DNA of 64,000 bases from Macrostomum lignano. Its lineage: Eukaryota. How positions within the stretch are numbered: position 1 is the first letter of the stretch; each line of letters opens with the position of its first letter. The stretch covers positions 46,555 through 110,554 of the forward strand of contig NIVC01002343.1 in NCBI GenBank assembly GCA_002269645.1, read 5' to 3'. This document shows positions 25,701-37,700 of this stretch, piece after piece. A model generated the notes under the pieces. The model searched no databases. It worked only from the letters and a program-made list of their open reading frames with translations, and had not been told where the DNA came from. Both the position numbers and the translations under genes were made by a program.

Positions 25701-28700
25701 CAGACTACGAGCTGCGCGGCAGCCCCACCCAGGTGTGGCGCAACCTGGACCTCATCGACGCCCTCATGAAGCTGTCTGAGCAGGGATTCTACACGGAGGT
25801 TCGCGAGCTGTTCGACTATCCGCTGAAAAGCTGCCCCGACCTGCTGATGCTGTCCTTGCTGCAGGCCCACGAGTCTATGGGGATATTGAAGCAGGAGCTG
25901 CTGCACTGCCTTATCTGCATCCTGCTGACCAGCCACTCCAGTGCTTCTCTGGTGAATTGCTTTGCGAATTTTCTGCTTTTGTTCCAGATCCCAATTTCAT
26001 TCTGCCGCCTTCCCAGATCCCCATCTCATCCTGCAACCTTCTGAGATCCCTATTGCATCCTGCCGCCTTCCCAGATCCCCATCTCATCCTGCAAACTTCC
26101 CAGATCCCCATCTCATCCTGCCACCTTCCCAGATCCCCATCTCATCCTGCCACCTTCCCAGATCCCCATCTCATCCTGCCACCTTCCCAGATCCCCATCT
26201 CATCCTGCCACCTTCCCAGATCCCCATTGCGTCCTGCCACCTTCCCAGATCCCCATCTCATCCTGCCACCTTCCCAGATCCCCATTGCATCCTGCCACCT
26301 TCTGAGATCCCCATTGCATCCTGCCGCCTTCCCAGATCCCCATCTCATCCTGCAACCTTCCCAGATCCCCATCTCATCCTGCAACCTTCCCAGATCCCCA
26401 TCTCATCCTGCCACCTTCCCAGATCCCCATCTCATCCTGCCACCTTCCCAGATCCCCATCTCATCCTGCCACCTTCCCAGATCCCCATCTCATCCTGCCA
26501 CCTTCCCAGATCCCCATCTCATCCTGCCACCTTCCCAGATCCCCATCTCATCCTGCCACCTTCCCAGATCCCCATCTCATCCTGCCACCTTCCCAGATCC
26601 CCATCTCATCCTGCCACCCCAGATCCCCATCTCATCCTGCCACCTTCCCAGATCCCCATCTCATCCTGCCACCTTCCCAGATCCCCATCTCATCCTGCCA
26701 CCCCAGATCCCCATCTCATCCTGTCCCTCCCCTCTCGCCACCTCACTAGATTCTAATTTAATATTAAATTCCCAAATCCCCACTCCCGCAATTTTATTCC
26801 ACTCAAACGTCACACCGATTCTTTCTTTTCCCCTCGCCGCCCAGCTGCTAAACTACGCGTGGAATTTCGCCCAAGTGCGGCCGATCCTCCTGCACGCCCT
26901 GGTCGACTGGGTCTCGGAAGGAGAGGCCGTGGCGGGCGAGGGCTACCGGGCCAGCCGCGCCCTGGACCTGGTGCTGGAAATGCTGCCCAATGGGCCGGCC
27001 ATGGACACCCTGGCCTGGGTGCTGAAGTCGCACAACCACCTGTTCAGCCTCAGCCTGGCCTGCCTGGCCGCCAAGCGGGACTACGTCAAGCTGGAGGCCT
27101 GGATAACCGAGCGGCTGGCCGAGTACGGCGACCAGTTCGCCCAGGCCGCGCTGAAGTTCCTGGCCGGCCGGGCCGGCCGCATGGTGGGCAAGGACGATCC
27201 GACAGACCAGATGCGGGCCGCTCAGGTGGACGCCGTCTCCGTCAAGACCATCCTGCAGTGCCTGGACCGGCGGCAGGACCGGCTGACCTTGGCGTCAGAG
27301 ATTAAGACCGAGCTCGACCTGATGAAGATTAGCTTTAACAAATATGTCACTTTGGCAACCGGGCGCGACCCTCAACAGCAGCAGCAGCCGCCAGTTCTGC
27401 CGCCTCAGCCGCCGCCGCAGCAACAGCAGCAGCCGCCGTTTGCGAAGGCGACCACGGCGGCCGCGGCTGCAGCGATGATTGGAGCGCCGGTGCCCACCAT
27501 CAGCTCGCAGCTGGCCGGTGAGTTTCACTGCATTTGTTGAAGCATATAGCTGTTGTATCTTATTGTATCAATAAGTGGCTTTTTGTGTGTATCTTAACGC
27601 TTCAATGCGAGATGTAGAGGATGGGTGAGGGGGGTCGATATTAATCACAAGCCATGCAGCCGAAACCGCAGCTCACAGGCATAGAAAAATATATAATGGA
27701 ATTGGAGTCCCACAATTTTGCTGCAATCAGTTGAATGTACATCTGATGCGATTCGCTCACTGAATGTCGGTGATGTGAAAAAAATAAAAATGTTCAGCTG
27801 GCTATTTGCAGTAGCTTCACTGTTCGTTGTGATCCAAAACTGATGTATCGAAAAACTGGCAACGCAGTTTGCAACTACTTTACTCTGGTCGCTCGATCCC
27901 ACAGGCCTGCCTATGTCGCCAGCCTCCGCCATGCTGAAGCAGACTCTGGCCAGCCAACTGCCCGGCTTCGTGCCCCAGCAGCAGCAGCCCGGCCTGGCCA
28001 CGCCCAAGCACAAGATCCCCATGTCCGCCATTCCCATCGGCTCGCCTGCTGGACTCGCCTTGCCGCCGCCGCAGGTGTCGCAGCAGCCGCCGCAGCCTCC
28101 CATGCCGATGTCGATGCACCATCACCCGCACCAGCAGCAGCCCATGCCGTCGATGCCGCCCGCTGGCAGATTCGGTCCCTCGCTGCCGCCTGAACTGACG
28201 GCGCCCAGCCCGCCCGAGCTGGACGAGCGCATCAACATGATGATGAAGAGCCTATTCAGCGGCACCATCACCTCCGACGAGGTGTTCAACATGCTGCGCG
28301 AGCCCAAGGAGAAGCCGCTGTGCAATTATTTCCTTCGCGTGCTGGTCGACGAGTTCCACCACATTCCCACCAGCTTCCCGCCAAAGCAGCGCGCCATCAT
28401 GGCCGAGCTGTTCGGCCAGGTGATCGCCCTGGGGTTTCAGCTCACTTCTCACTCTGTGCTGGCCTTCTTCCTGCGCCTGCTCAGCCTGATTGTCACCCGG
28501 AATATCGAGACCGAGGCAGAGCAGACATTCTTCAACTTTGGCGTGGACATTCTGTTAAGGTGAGCGACCTTTCCAGCCTGAGTCTTGAAAGAGCCTTGAA
28601 AATTGCACCCAAGCACTCATGACATTCAAATCACCTCTTAGCTGTCATTGAAGATCGCCCTCTAGATGTCATTGAGGATGGCCCTCTAGATGCCATTGAG

Positions 28701-31700
28701 GATCGCCCTCTAGATGCCATTGAGGATCGCCCTCTAGATGCCATTGAGGATCGCCCTCTAGATGCCATTGAGGATCGCCCTCTAGATGCCATTGAGGATC
28801 GCCCTCTCGATGTTATTGAGGATCGCCCTCTAGATGCCATTGAGTATCGCCCTCTAAATGTTATTGAGGATGGTCCTCTAGATGCCATTGAGGATCGCCC
28901 TCTCGATGTTATTGAGGATCGCCCTCTAGATGTCATTGAGGATCGCCCTCTAGATGTTATTGAGGATGGTCCTCTAGGTGCCATTGAGGATCGCCCTCTA
29001 GATGCCATTGAGGATCGCCCTCTAAATGCCATTGAGGATCGCCCTCTAGATGCCATTGAGGATCGCCCTCTAGATGCCATTGAGGATCGCCCTCCAGATG
29101 CCATTGAGGATCGCCCTCTAAATGCCATTGAGGATCGCCCTCTAGATGCCATTGAGGATCGCCCTCTCGATGTTATTGAGGATCGCCCTCTAGATGCCAT
29201 TGAGTATCGCCCTCTAAATGTTATTGAGGATGGTCCTCTAGATGCCATTGAGGATCGCCCTCTCGATGTTATTGAGGATCGCCCTCTAGATGTCATTGAG
29301 GATCGCCCTCTAGATGTTATTGAGGATGGTCCTCTAGGTGCCATTGAGGATCGCCCTCTAGATGCCATTGAGGATCGCCCTCTCGATGTTATTGAGGATC
29401 GCCCTCTAGATGCCATTGAGGATCGCCCTCTAGATGCCATTGAGGATCGCCCTCTAGATGCCATTGAGGATCGCCCTCTAGATGTTATTGAGGATCGCCC
29501 TCTAGATGCCATTGAGTATCGCCCTCTAGATGTCATTGAGGATCGCCCTCTAGATGTCATTGAGGATCGCCCTCTAAATGTTATTGAGGATGGCCCTCTA
29601 GATGCCATTGAGTATCGCCTTCTAGATGTTATTGAGGATGGTCCTCTAGGTGCCATTGAGGATCGCCCTCTAGATGCCATTGAGGATCGCCCTCTCGATG
29701 TTATTGAGGATCGCCCTCTAGATGCCATTGAGTATCGCCCTCTAAATGTTATTGAGGATGGTCCTCTAGATGCCATTGAGGATCGCCCTCTCGATGTTAT
29801 TGAGGATCGCCCTCTAGATGTCATTGAGGATCGCCCTCTAGATGTTATTGAGAATGGTCCTCTAGGTGCCATTGAGGATCGCCCTCTAGATGCCATTGAG
29901 GATCGCCCTCTAGATGTCATTGAGGATCGCCCTCTAGATGCCATTGAGGATCGCCCTCTAGGTGCCATTGAGGATCGCCCTCTAGATGCCATTGAGGATC
30001 GCCCTCTCGATGTTATTGAGGATCGCCCTCTAGATGTCATTGAGGATCGCCCTCTAGATGCCATTGAGGATCGCCCTCTAGATGCCATTGAGGATCGCCC
30101 TCTAGATGTTATTGAGGATCGCCCTCTAGATGCCATTGAGTATCGCCCTCTAGATGTCATTGAGGATCGCCCTCTAGATGTCATTGAGGATCGCCCTCTA
30201 AATGTTATTGAGGATGGCCCTCTAGATGCCATTGAGTATCGCCTTCTAGATGTTATTGAGGATCGCCCTCTCGATGCCATTGAGGATCGCCCTCTCGATG
30301 TTATTGAGGATCGCCCTCTCGATGTTATTGAGGATCGCCCTCTAGATGTCATTGAGGATCGCCCTCTAGATGTCATTGAGGATCGCCCTCTAAATGTCAT
30401 TGAGAATGGCCTTGGCATCTCGAATTGCAACTCTGGCTGCCCGCAGGTGCAAGAGTAGCCTGGTGAACTATCGCCAGGTGGCGGCCCACCTGCTGGCCAG
30501 CAACAACTTCGCCAAGTTCCCCAAGGACCTGCAGATCGGCATCCAGCTGGCCGCCAGGTCCCAGCAGAGCGGCGATCCCGACTCGCAGATTCGCCGAGCC
30601 GGCGAAGGCGAAATCAACGAAGAGGCGGCCGTCCCGCCGGAGGGCGTACAGGACGCGGTGTTCTTCATCTTCAACAACCTGAGCAAGATAAACATGAGCA
30701 CCAAGTCGGAAGAGCTGCGCAGAGCCGTCCCGGACGAGTTCATGCCCTGGCTCGGCCAGTACCTGGTGATGAAGCGAGTCACCACCGAGCCAAACTTCCA
30801 TCAGCTGTTCGTAGACCTGATGGACGCGCTGAATGTGCCCCGCCTGCGCGAGATCGTCCTGCAGCAGACCTTCCGCAGCATCCGCGCCCTGCTGCAGAAC
30901 ATGCGCCCGGACCTCAACGACTACAACGATCGCTCGCTGCTGAAAAACATCGGGCACTTTCTGGGCCTGCTCACCCTAGCAAAGAACCGGCCAATCCTGT
31001 TTGACGACATGGACCTGAAGGGCCTGCTGTTGGAGGCCTATTGCAAGGGCCAGGTAGAGATGCACTACGCCGTGCCGTTCGTAGCCCGCACTCTGGAGGC
31101 CTGCTCCCTGAGCCCCGTGTTCCGGCCGCCCAGCCCCTGGACCATGGGCATCGTCCGTGTGCTCAAGGAGCTGCACATGGACAAGGCGGTGAAGAACTCG
31201 CTCAAATTCGAAGTGGAAATCCTGTGCAAGAAGCTGGAAATCAACTTTGACCAGCTTGATCCCGCCTACTACTTGCGCGATAGCGACCGAATCCGCCAGA
31301 TCGAAGTGGAGAACTGCCTTATCCGGGGCTCCGCTGCCGGCGCCCGCGGCTCTGCAGCCGCACCGTCCACCGCCGCTGAGCACGAGCAGCAGCTGCCGCC
31401 CAGGATGACCGCCCCAGCCGAGGAGTTCGAGCCGCAGCAGCCGCTGCCGCCGCCGTCCCAGCAGCAGCTGCCGCCTCAGATGCACCTCGACCCGTCAGCG
31501 TTGCAGCTCATGCAGCAGCAGGGCGGCATGAACCCGCCGCTGCCGAGGTTCAAGTGGACCGACATCGAAACCAGTCGACCGCTAAGCGCCTTCTTCAACG
31601 TGAATCTCGGCCTCCCGCTGCTTCAGGCCAGCCCAGGCCTGGCCAGCGGCATCCGACAGACCCTGGAGCTCACAGTCGGCGAGCTGATGGAGCCTGTGGC

Positions 31701-34700
31701 TCAGCGCTGCGTTCGGATCGTCCTCGGCACCGTGGAGGGCGTCGTGCGCAAAGACTTTGCCCTGGACGACGACGAAAGCCACCTTAGGTCGGCGGCGCAC
31801 AACATGACCCGCTGCCTGACTGCCGGCATGGCCCTCATCACCTGCCGAGAGGCGCTGAGCGTCAACATGGAGACCAAGCTCAAGCAGCAGTTCATGCAGG
31901 GCCTTAGCTCTCCCACCGCCCATCAGCGCGAGTTGATCGAGGACGCCGCCCGCGTCATCGCCCAGGACAACTTCGAGCTGGGCACGGCCTACATACAGAA
32001 GGTGTGCGTTGAGAAGGCCCTGGTGCAGGTGGACGTGACCCTGGAGACCGAGTACCGGCTGCGCATCCACGCCCGGCAGGAGGGCAGGCGGTACTTCGAC
32101 CAGCAGCAGCTGAGCTACCAGAACGAGTTCATGCCGCCCCTGCTGCGCAAGGCCGTGGGGCCACCACCGCTCAACAGCCTGGCCGTGTACTCCGAGTACG
32201 CCAACTGCGTTCCCGGCTTCGCCAGTGACGCTCCGCCCGCCGTTCCTCCGCCCATGCCGGCCATGGCCGCCGCCCAGCCTTCGCAGCCGCCTCAGCAGCC
32301 ACCTCCGCAGGCGTCGCAGGTGGCCGCACCGGCGCAGCCGCAGCACCGCAACGAGGTTGCCCAGCTGTTCGACACCATCGTGGCCGAGGTTGAACGGCAG
32401 TCGCAGTACATCGCCAACTCGTCCAGCCTGGCTACGCCAACTTCAACAGCCGCGGCCGGTGCCGGCATCGGGGACAGCGCCCAGCTGGTGCAGCGCCTCC
32501 GCGTGCTGGTCGAGCGGGCCAAGCGTGCCAAGTCGTCCGCCAACGACGCTTACGCTAGCAAAGTGGTGGAGGCGGCCGTCCAGTCGCTGTTCCAGACGTT
32601 CCGGCGCCACCCAATGCAGGCGCAATTCCCCCAGGAGGTGCTGGAGCGCTACAAGGAGGCGCACACTGTGGTGCTCAGGCTGATGTACCAGCCCAAGCTC
32701 AGCGGCCTGGGCTACTCCAGCTGCATGAGTCACGTGGTGACGCAGATCTGGACGGACATGCCGGAGCCGCAGAAGTGGAATAGCGACGCCTTCATCGAGC
32801 TACTAAAGATTCACATCGTCAGTCTGCAGGCTGTGGACTCGCACCTGGCCAAGCAGATCCGGCAGAGCAACCTGCGAGCCCTGCGGTTTGTCATGGACCT
32901 GTTCCACGCGCTGGTGCTCAACGACAGCCGGGAGCAGACTGTGCTCAACGAGTGCGACCTCACCGGCACCATCGCGGTGATCGCCCATCTGATTGAGAAG
33001 TCTCCGCCAGATCACGTGCCCAGGGAGTACGTCCAGGTCTACCACCAGGTGCGCGGCCTGCTGGACTTTGGCCTGCTGGAGGCCCACCAGCAGCCCGCCA
33101 CCACCTATCTGTACAGCGGCTGCTCCCAGGCCAGGGAGTTCGACGATCCACACTGGCTGCAGGAGGCCAGCGAGAACCTCATGAAGAAGTGGTACACCAT
33201 GTACAGCACCCAGCGGGTGGTGGACCAGCGCGGGTTCAACACCTTCGTGAAGGATATGACGACGTTTGGAATACTAAAGACCGACGATATCATTACTAGG
33301 TAAATCTGTGGCTTTATAATATGTACTCTTAAATAATCTGAGATTCAGGATCTCATCTGCCCCATAGTCGCACCTGAGATTCAGATCTGCCCCCATAATC
33401 TGCATCTGAGATTCAGGATCTCATGTCTGCCACATAATCTGCATCTGAGATTCAGGATCTCATGTCTGCCACATTATCTGCATCTGAGATTCAGGATCTC
33501 ATGTCTGCCCCATAATCTGCATCTGAGATTCAGAATCTCATGTCTGCCCCATAATCTGCATCTGAGATTCAGGATCTCATGTCTGCCCCATAATCTGCAT
33601 CTGAGATTCAGGATCTCATGTCTGCCCCATCATCTGCATCTGAGATTCAGGATCTCATGTCTGCCACATCATCTGCATCTGAGATTCAGGATCTCATGTC
33701 TGCCACATAATCTGCATCTGAGATTCAGGATCTCATGTCTGTCCCGTAGTCTGCACTTGGGATACAAAACCATCAACTTCAAAGCGTTCCTCATTAGACT
33801 GCCAAACTTAGACTTGCTTAATTCAGCCATATCCTCCCCGAATCACTGCTCCACCCCTCCCACCGCTGCAGGTTCTTCCGGCTGACCACCGACTACGTGA
33901 TGGAGCACTGCTTCCGCGCTCTGCTCAAGTCCGGTCAGGAGGTCCTTGGCAACCGGGTCAGCTGCTATCAGGAGCTGGACGCCTACATCCGCCTCATCGC
34001 CGTGATGGTGAAGCACAGCGGCGAGCATGGGGCCGCCGCAGACATAGAGAGACAGCGAGAGCGCGAGGGCAGCGCCAGCACGAAGATCAACCTGCTGAAC
34101 AAAATCCTCGGCATCATTTCCGGCACCCTGCTGCAGGAGCAGGACATCCGGTCTGACCGGTTCCACCCGATGCCCTTCCAGCGGATCTTCATCCTTCTGT
34201 TCAGCGAGCTGCTCTCCCCGGCCACCGCCGATGCTGACAGCCCGCAGATCAACACCCTGACCACCTTGACCGTCCCCATGCTGGCGGCCTTCGCCAATGC
34301 GCTGCACATCGTCAGGCCTGCCAAGGCGCCGTCCTTCACCTACAGCTGGGTAAGGCGCTTGCTTTATGGCTTCTTCACTGACACCGGCCGTTTTGCGTTC
34401 TCTGGCCGCCGCCAGATCCTCAGTTGCTGGGCCACCGCCACCTCACTCCCAGATCCTCAGTTGCTGGGCCACCGCCACCTCACTCCCAGATCCTCAGTTG
34501 CTGGGCCACCGCCACCTCACTCCCAGATCCTCAGCTGCTAGGCCACGGCCACCTCACTCCCAGATCCTCAGCTGTTGGGCCACCGCCACCTCACTCCCAG
34601 ATCCTCAGCTGTTGGGCCACCGCCACCTCACTCCCAGATCCTCAGTTGCTAAGCCATCGCCACTTCACTCCCAGATCCTCGCTGGGCCACTGCCCCCCCC

Positions 34701-37700
34701 CTCCCAGATCCCCTAATGACTTTGCCACCCTCTTGGGTCGCGTATCAGTTTCCCAGTGCCAGCACCGCATCCTCACCAGCGCCCCAACCTGCGCACCCCC
34801 AGGTGGAGTGCATCTCGCACCGGTCCGTGCTGTCCAAGTACCTCGGCAACCAGGCGGCCTGGTCCATGTACGCCCAGCTGCTGGTGGACCTTCTGAAGTT
34901 TATCGCGCCATTCCTGGCCACCGCCAACTTCATCAAGACTGTGCACCTGCTGTACCGCGGCACCCTGCGCCTCATCCTGGTGCTGCTGCACGATTTCCCG
35001 GACTTCATCAGCGAGTATCACCATGCCCTGTGCGACGTGATCCCCGCCAACTGCATCCAGCTCCGCAACCTCGTCCTGTCCGCCTTTCCCAAGTTCGTGC
35101 AGCTGCTGGACCCCATCCAGAGCCCGGCCTCGCAGTGCTGCGCCCTGCCGGAGATGCAGCAGGAGCCGCGCGGCTCCTTCGCCGGCCTGGAGACCAACAT
35201 CCCCGCCAAGCTGCGCGAGGAGGTTGACGGCTTCCTGGCCACGCGGAAGCCGGTGCAGTTCCTCACGGACGTGCAAAGCCGCATCCGGGCTGACGACGGC
35301 GAGGAGGGCCGGCGCTACCACGTCGAGCTCACCAACGCGCTGGTGCTGTACGTCGGCAGGCGGGCCGTCAAGCGGATCAACGAGAGCGGCAACTCGCTGC
35401 AGCCGTACAACATGACTCACTGCGTTGAGACCGAGACCCTGCAGGCTCTGGTCATGCTGTGCTGTACCGAGGGCCGCTACCTGCTGCTCAACGCCATGGC
35501 CAATCAGCTGCGCTATCCGAACTCGCACACCTTCTACTTCAATCAGATCCTGTTGTTCTTCTTCCGCGAGAGCAACAACGAGCAGATTAAGGAGCAGATT
35601 ACCAGGTGATTACATAACTTGATTAAAAACCCAAATGGTGTTCAGTTGATAAACTGTTTAATGGTTTCGTTTGCTAGCAGAACCAAGGGTGTTACAGAAG
35701 GATCCTAGGGTGTTACAGAAGGATCATAGGCCCTAGGGTGTTACAGAAGGATCATAGGCCCTAGGGTGTTACAGAAGAATCATAGGCCCTATGGTGTTAC
35801 AGAAAAATCATAGGCCCTAGGGGTGTTACAAGAGGATTCTATGGTGTCAGAAAAGGCTGCAAGGGGAAACGTGGGGCAGCCACAGTAAGTAAAACTAAAG
35901 CTGGAATCACTAAATGGCATCCTTCAGCTGATTTCAATCTCGAGCCCGCCTTCCCCCCCCCCCCCGAACCGCAGGGTGCTGCTGGAGCGCCTGATCGTGA
36001 ACCGGCCGCATCCGTGGGGTCTCCTGCTGACCTTCACCGAGCTGCTGAAGAATCCCAGCTACAAGTTCTGGGATCACGAGTTCGTGCGCTGCTCGCCGAG
36101 CATTGAAAAGTGAGTCAGCTATCGGAGCTTGAAATTTGTTATTTTGCCTGTGTCACAGGGCTATTCACCTGGGCCTGTGTGTCACAGGGCTATTCACCTG
36201 GGCCTGTGTGTCACAGGGCTATTCACCTGGGCCTGTGTGTCACAGGGCTATTCACCTGGGCCTGTGTGTCACAGGGCTATTCACCTGGGCCTGTGTGTCA
36301 CAGGGCTATTCACCTGGGCCTGTGTGTCACAGGGCTATTCACCTGGGCCTGTGTGTCACAGGGCTATTCACCTGGGCCTGTGTGTCACAGGGCTATTCAC
36401 CTGGGCCTGTGTGTCACAGGGCTATTCACCTGGGCCTGTGTGTCACAGGGCTATTCACCTGGGCCTGTGTGTCACAAGGCTATTCACCTGGGCCTGTGTG
36501 TCACAAGGCTATTCACCTGGGCCTGTGTGTCACAGGGCTATTCACCTGGGCCTGTGTGTCACAAGGCTATTCACCTGGGCCTGTGTGTCACAAGGCTATT
36601 CACCTGGGCCTGTGTGTCACAAGGCTATTCACCTGGGCCTGTGTGTCACAGGGCTATTCACCTGGGCCTGTGTGTCACAAGGCTATTCACCTGGGCCTGT
36701 GTGTCACAAGGCTATTCACCTGGGCCTGTGTGTCACAGGGCTATTCACCTGGGCCTGTGTGTCACAAGGCTATTCACCTGGGCCTGTGTGTCACAGGGCT
36801 ATTCACCTGGGCCTGTGTGTCACAAGGCTATTCACCTGGGCCTGTGTGTCACAAGGCTATTCACCTGGGCCTGTGTGTCACAGGGCTATTCACCTGGGCT
36901 CTTGTGGCCTGAAAACTGATTAATAATCTTGCCACATACTGCAATCACTGCTGGCCATTGCGCTTTCCCCGGGCCCGCTGCGTCAGCCATAAAAGCCTGT
37001 CCTAATTGGTTGGCTAAACTAATTGGATTGAAAACCTAATCAAATCGGTGCGGGACCCAAGTGTAGCTGCGATGAAGGCGAGCTGGGATTCTGTGCAGGG
37101 CTTGTCAGTCTCTGGGCAGCACTGTTTATTCGGCCGCAATCTGGGCTTCGAGCGGCGCATTGTCTGCGTGTCCCCAGCTGTCCCGGCTGCTCCGGCCAAT
37201 AATCTGGCCAAATTGCATCGTAAAAACATTATATTTCTGCTTCAAGGAAACACTGCTATCGCTTGCTTGCGTCCATAGACCTGCCGCTGTGCCACTTTCA
37301 GTTTCCTGGCTGGGCTGGGGGGGCAGCTCAGTGATGGCGATAATAATGAGAATGCTCAAGCACTGAGCAGCTTTCCGTGTGTGTACCCCCTGTGAATGCC
37401 CACTTTATTTCCCTTTTCTCATAATTTTCATTCTCTTCATTCCTTATTTGATTCGATAATGAACTGTGCCTCTCCGGCCAAAATAACACCTGGGGGCTTT
37501 GCTAATTACATGACTACTGTGCTCACATTGAGAATTTGTCCACATTGTTTGCATTTTCTCGGCGTGGATTCGAAGTCCGGGATCTGAGGGTTGAGACTGC
37601 ACCTGGGAATCTGGGAGTTGAGACTGCATCTGGGGATCTGAGGGTTGAGACTGCACCTGGGAATCTGGGGGTTGAGACTGCATCTGGGAATCAGGGGGTT

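Noticed and set aside
25957-26844. Pro/His-rich N-terminal half of ORF 25957..27540 as part of CNOT1
   Set aside because: It lies between a GT donor (25952) and AG acceptor (26844); splicing restores the conserved ...SASL/LLNYAW alignment.
28631-30430. 599-aa minus-strand SR-rich ORF (SMASRGRS)n
   Set aside because: It is the 24-bp minisatellite inside CNOT1 intron 5; a stop-free unit with period divisible by 3 gives long ORFs by chance.
30397-35528. Numerous antisense and alternate-frame ORFs over CNOT1 exons (also over 2109-4384)
   Set aside because: Shadow ORFs produced by GC3-rich codon usage; no recognisable motifs.
36110-36923. Cys-rich repetitive ORFs in three frames
   Set aside because: 29-bp intronic array; the frames cycle through the same peptide.
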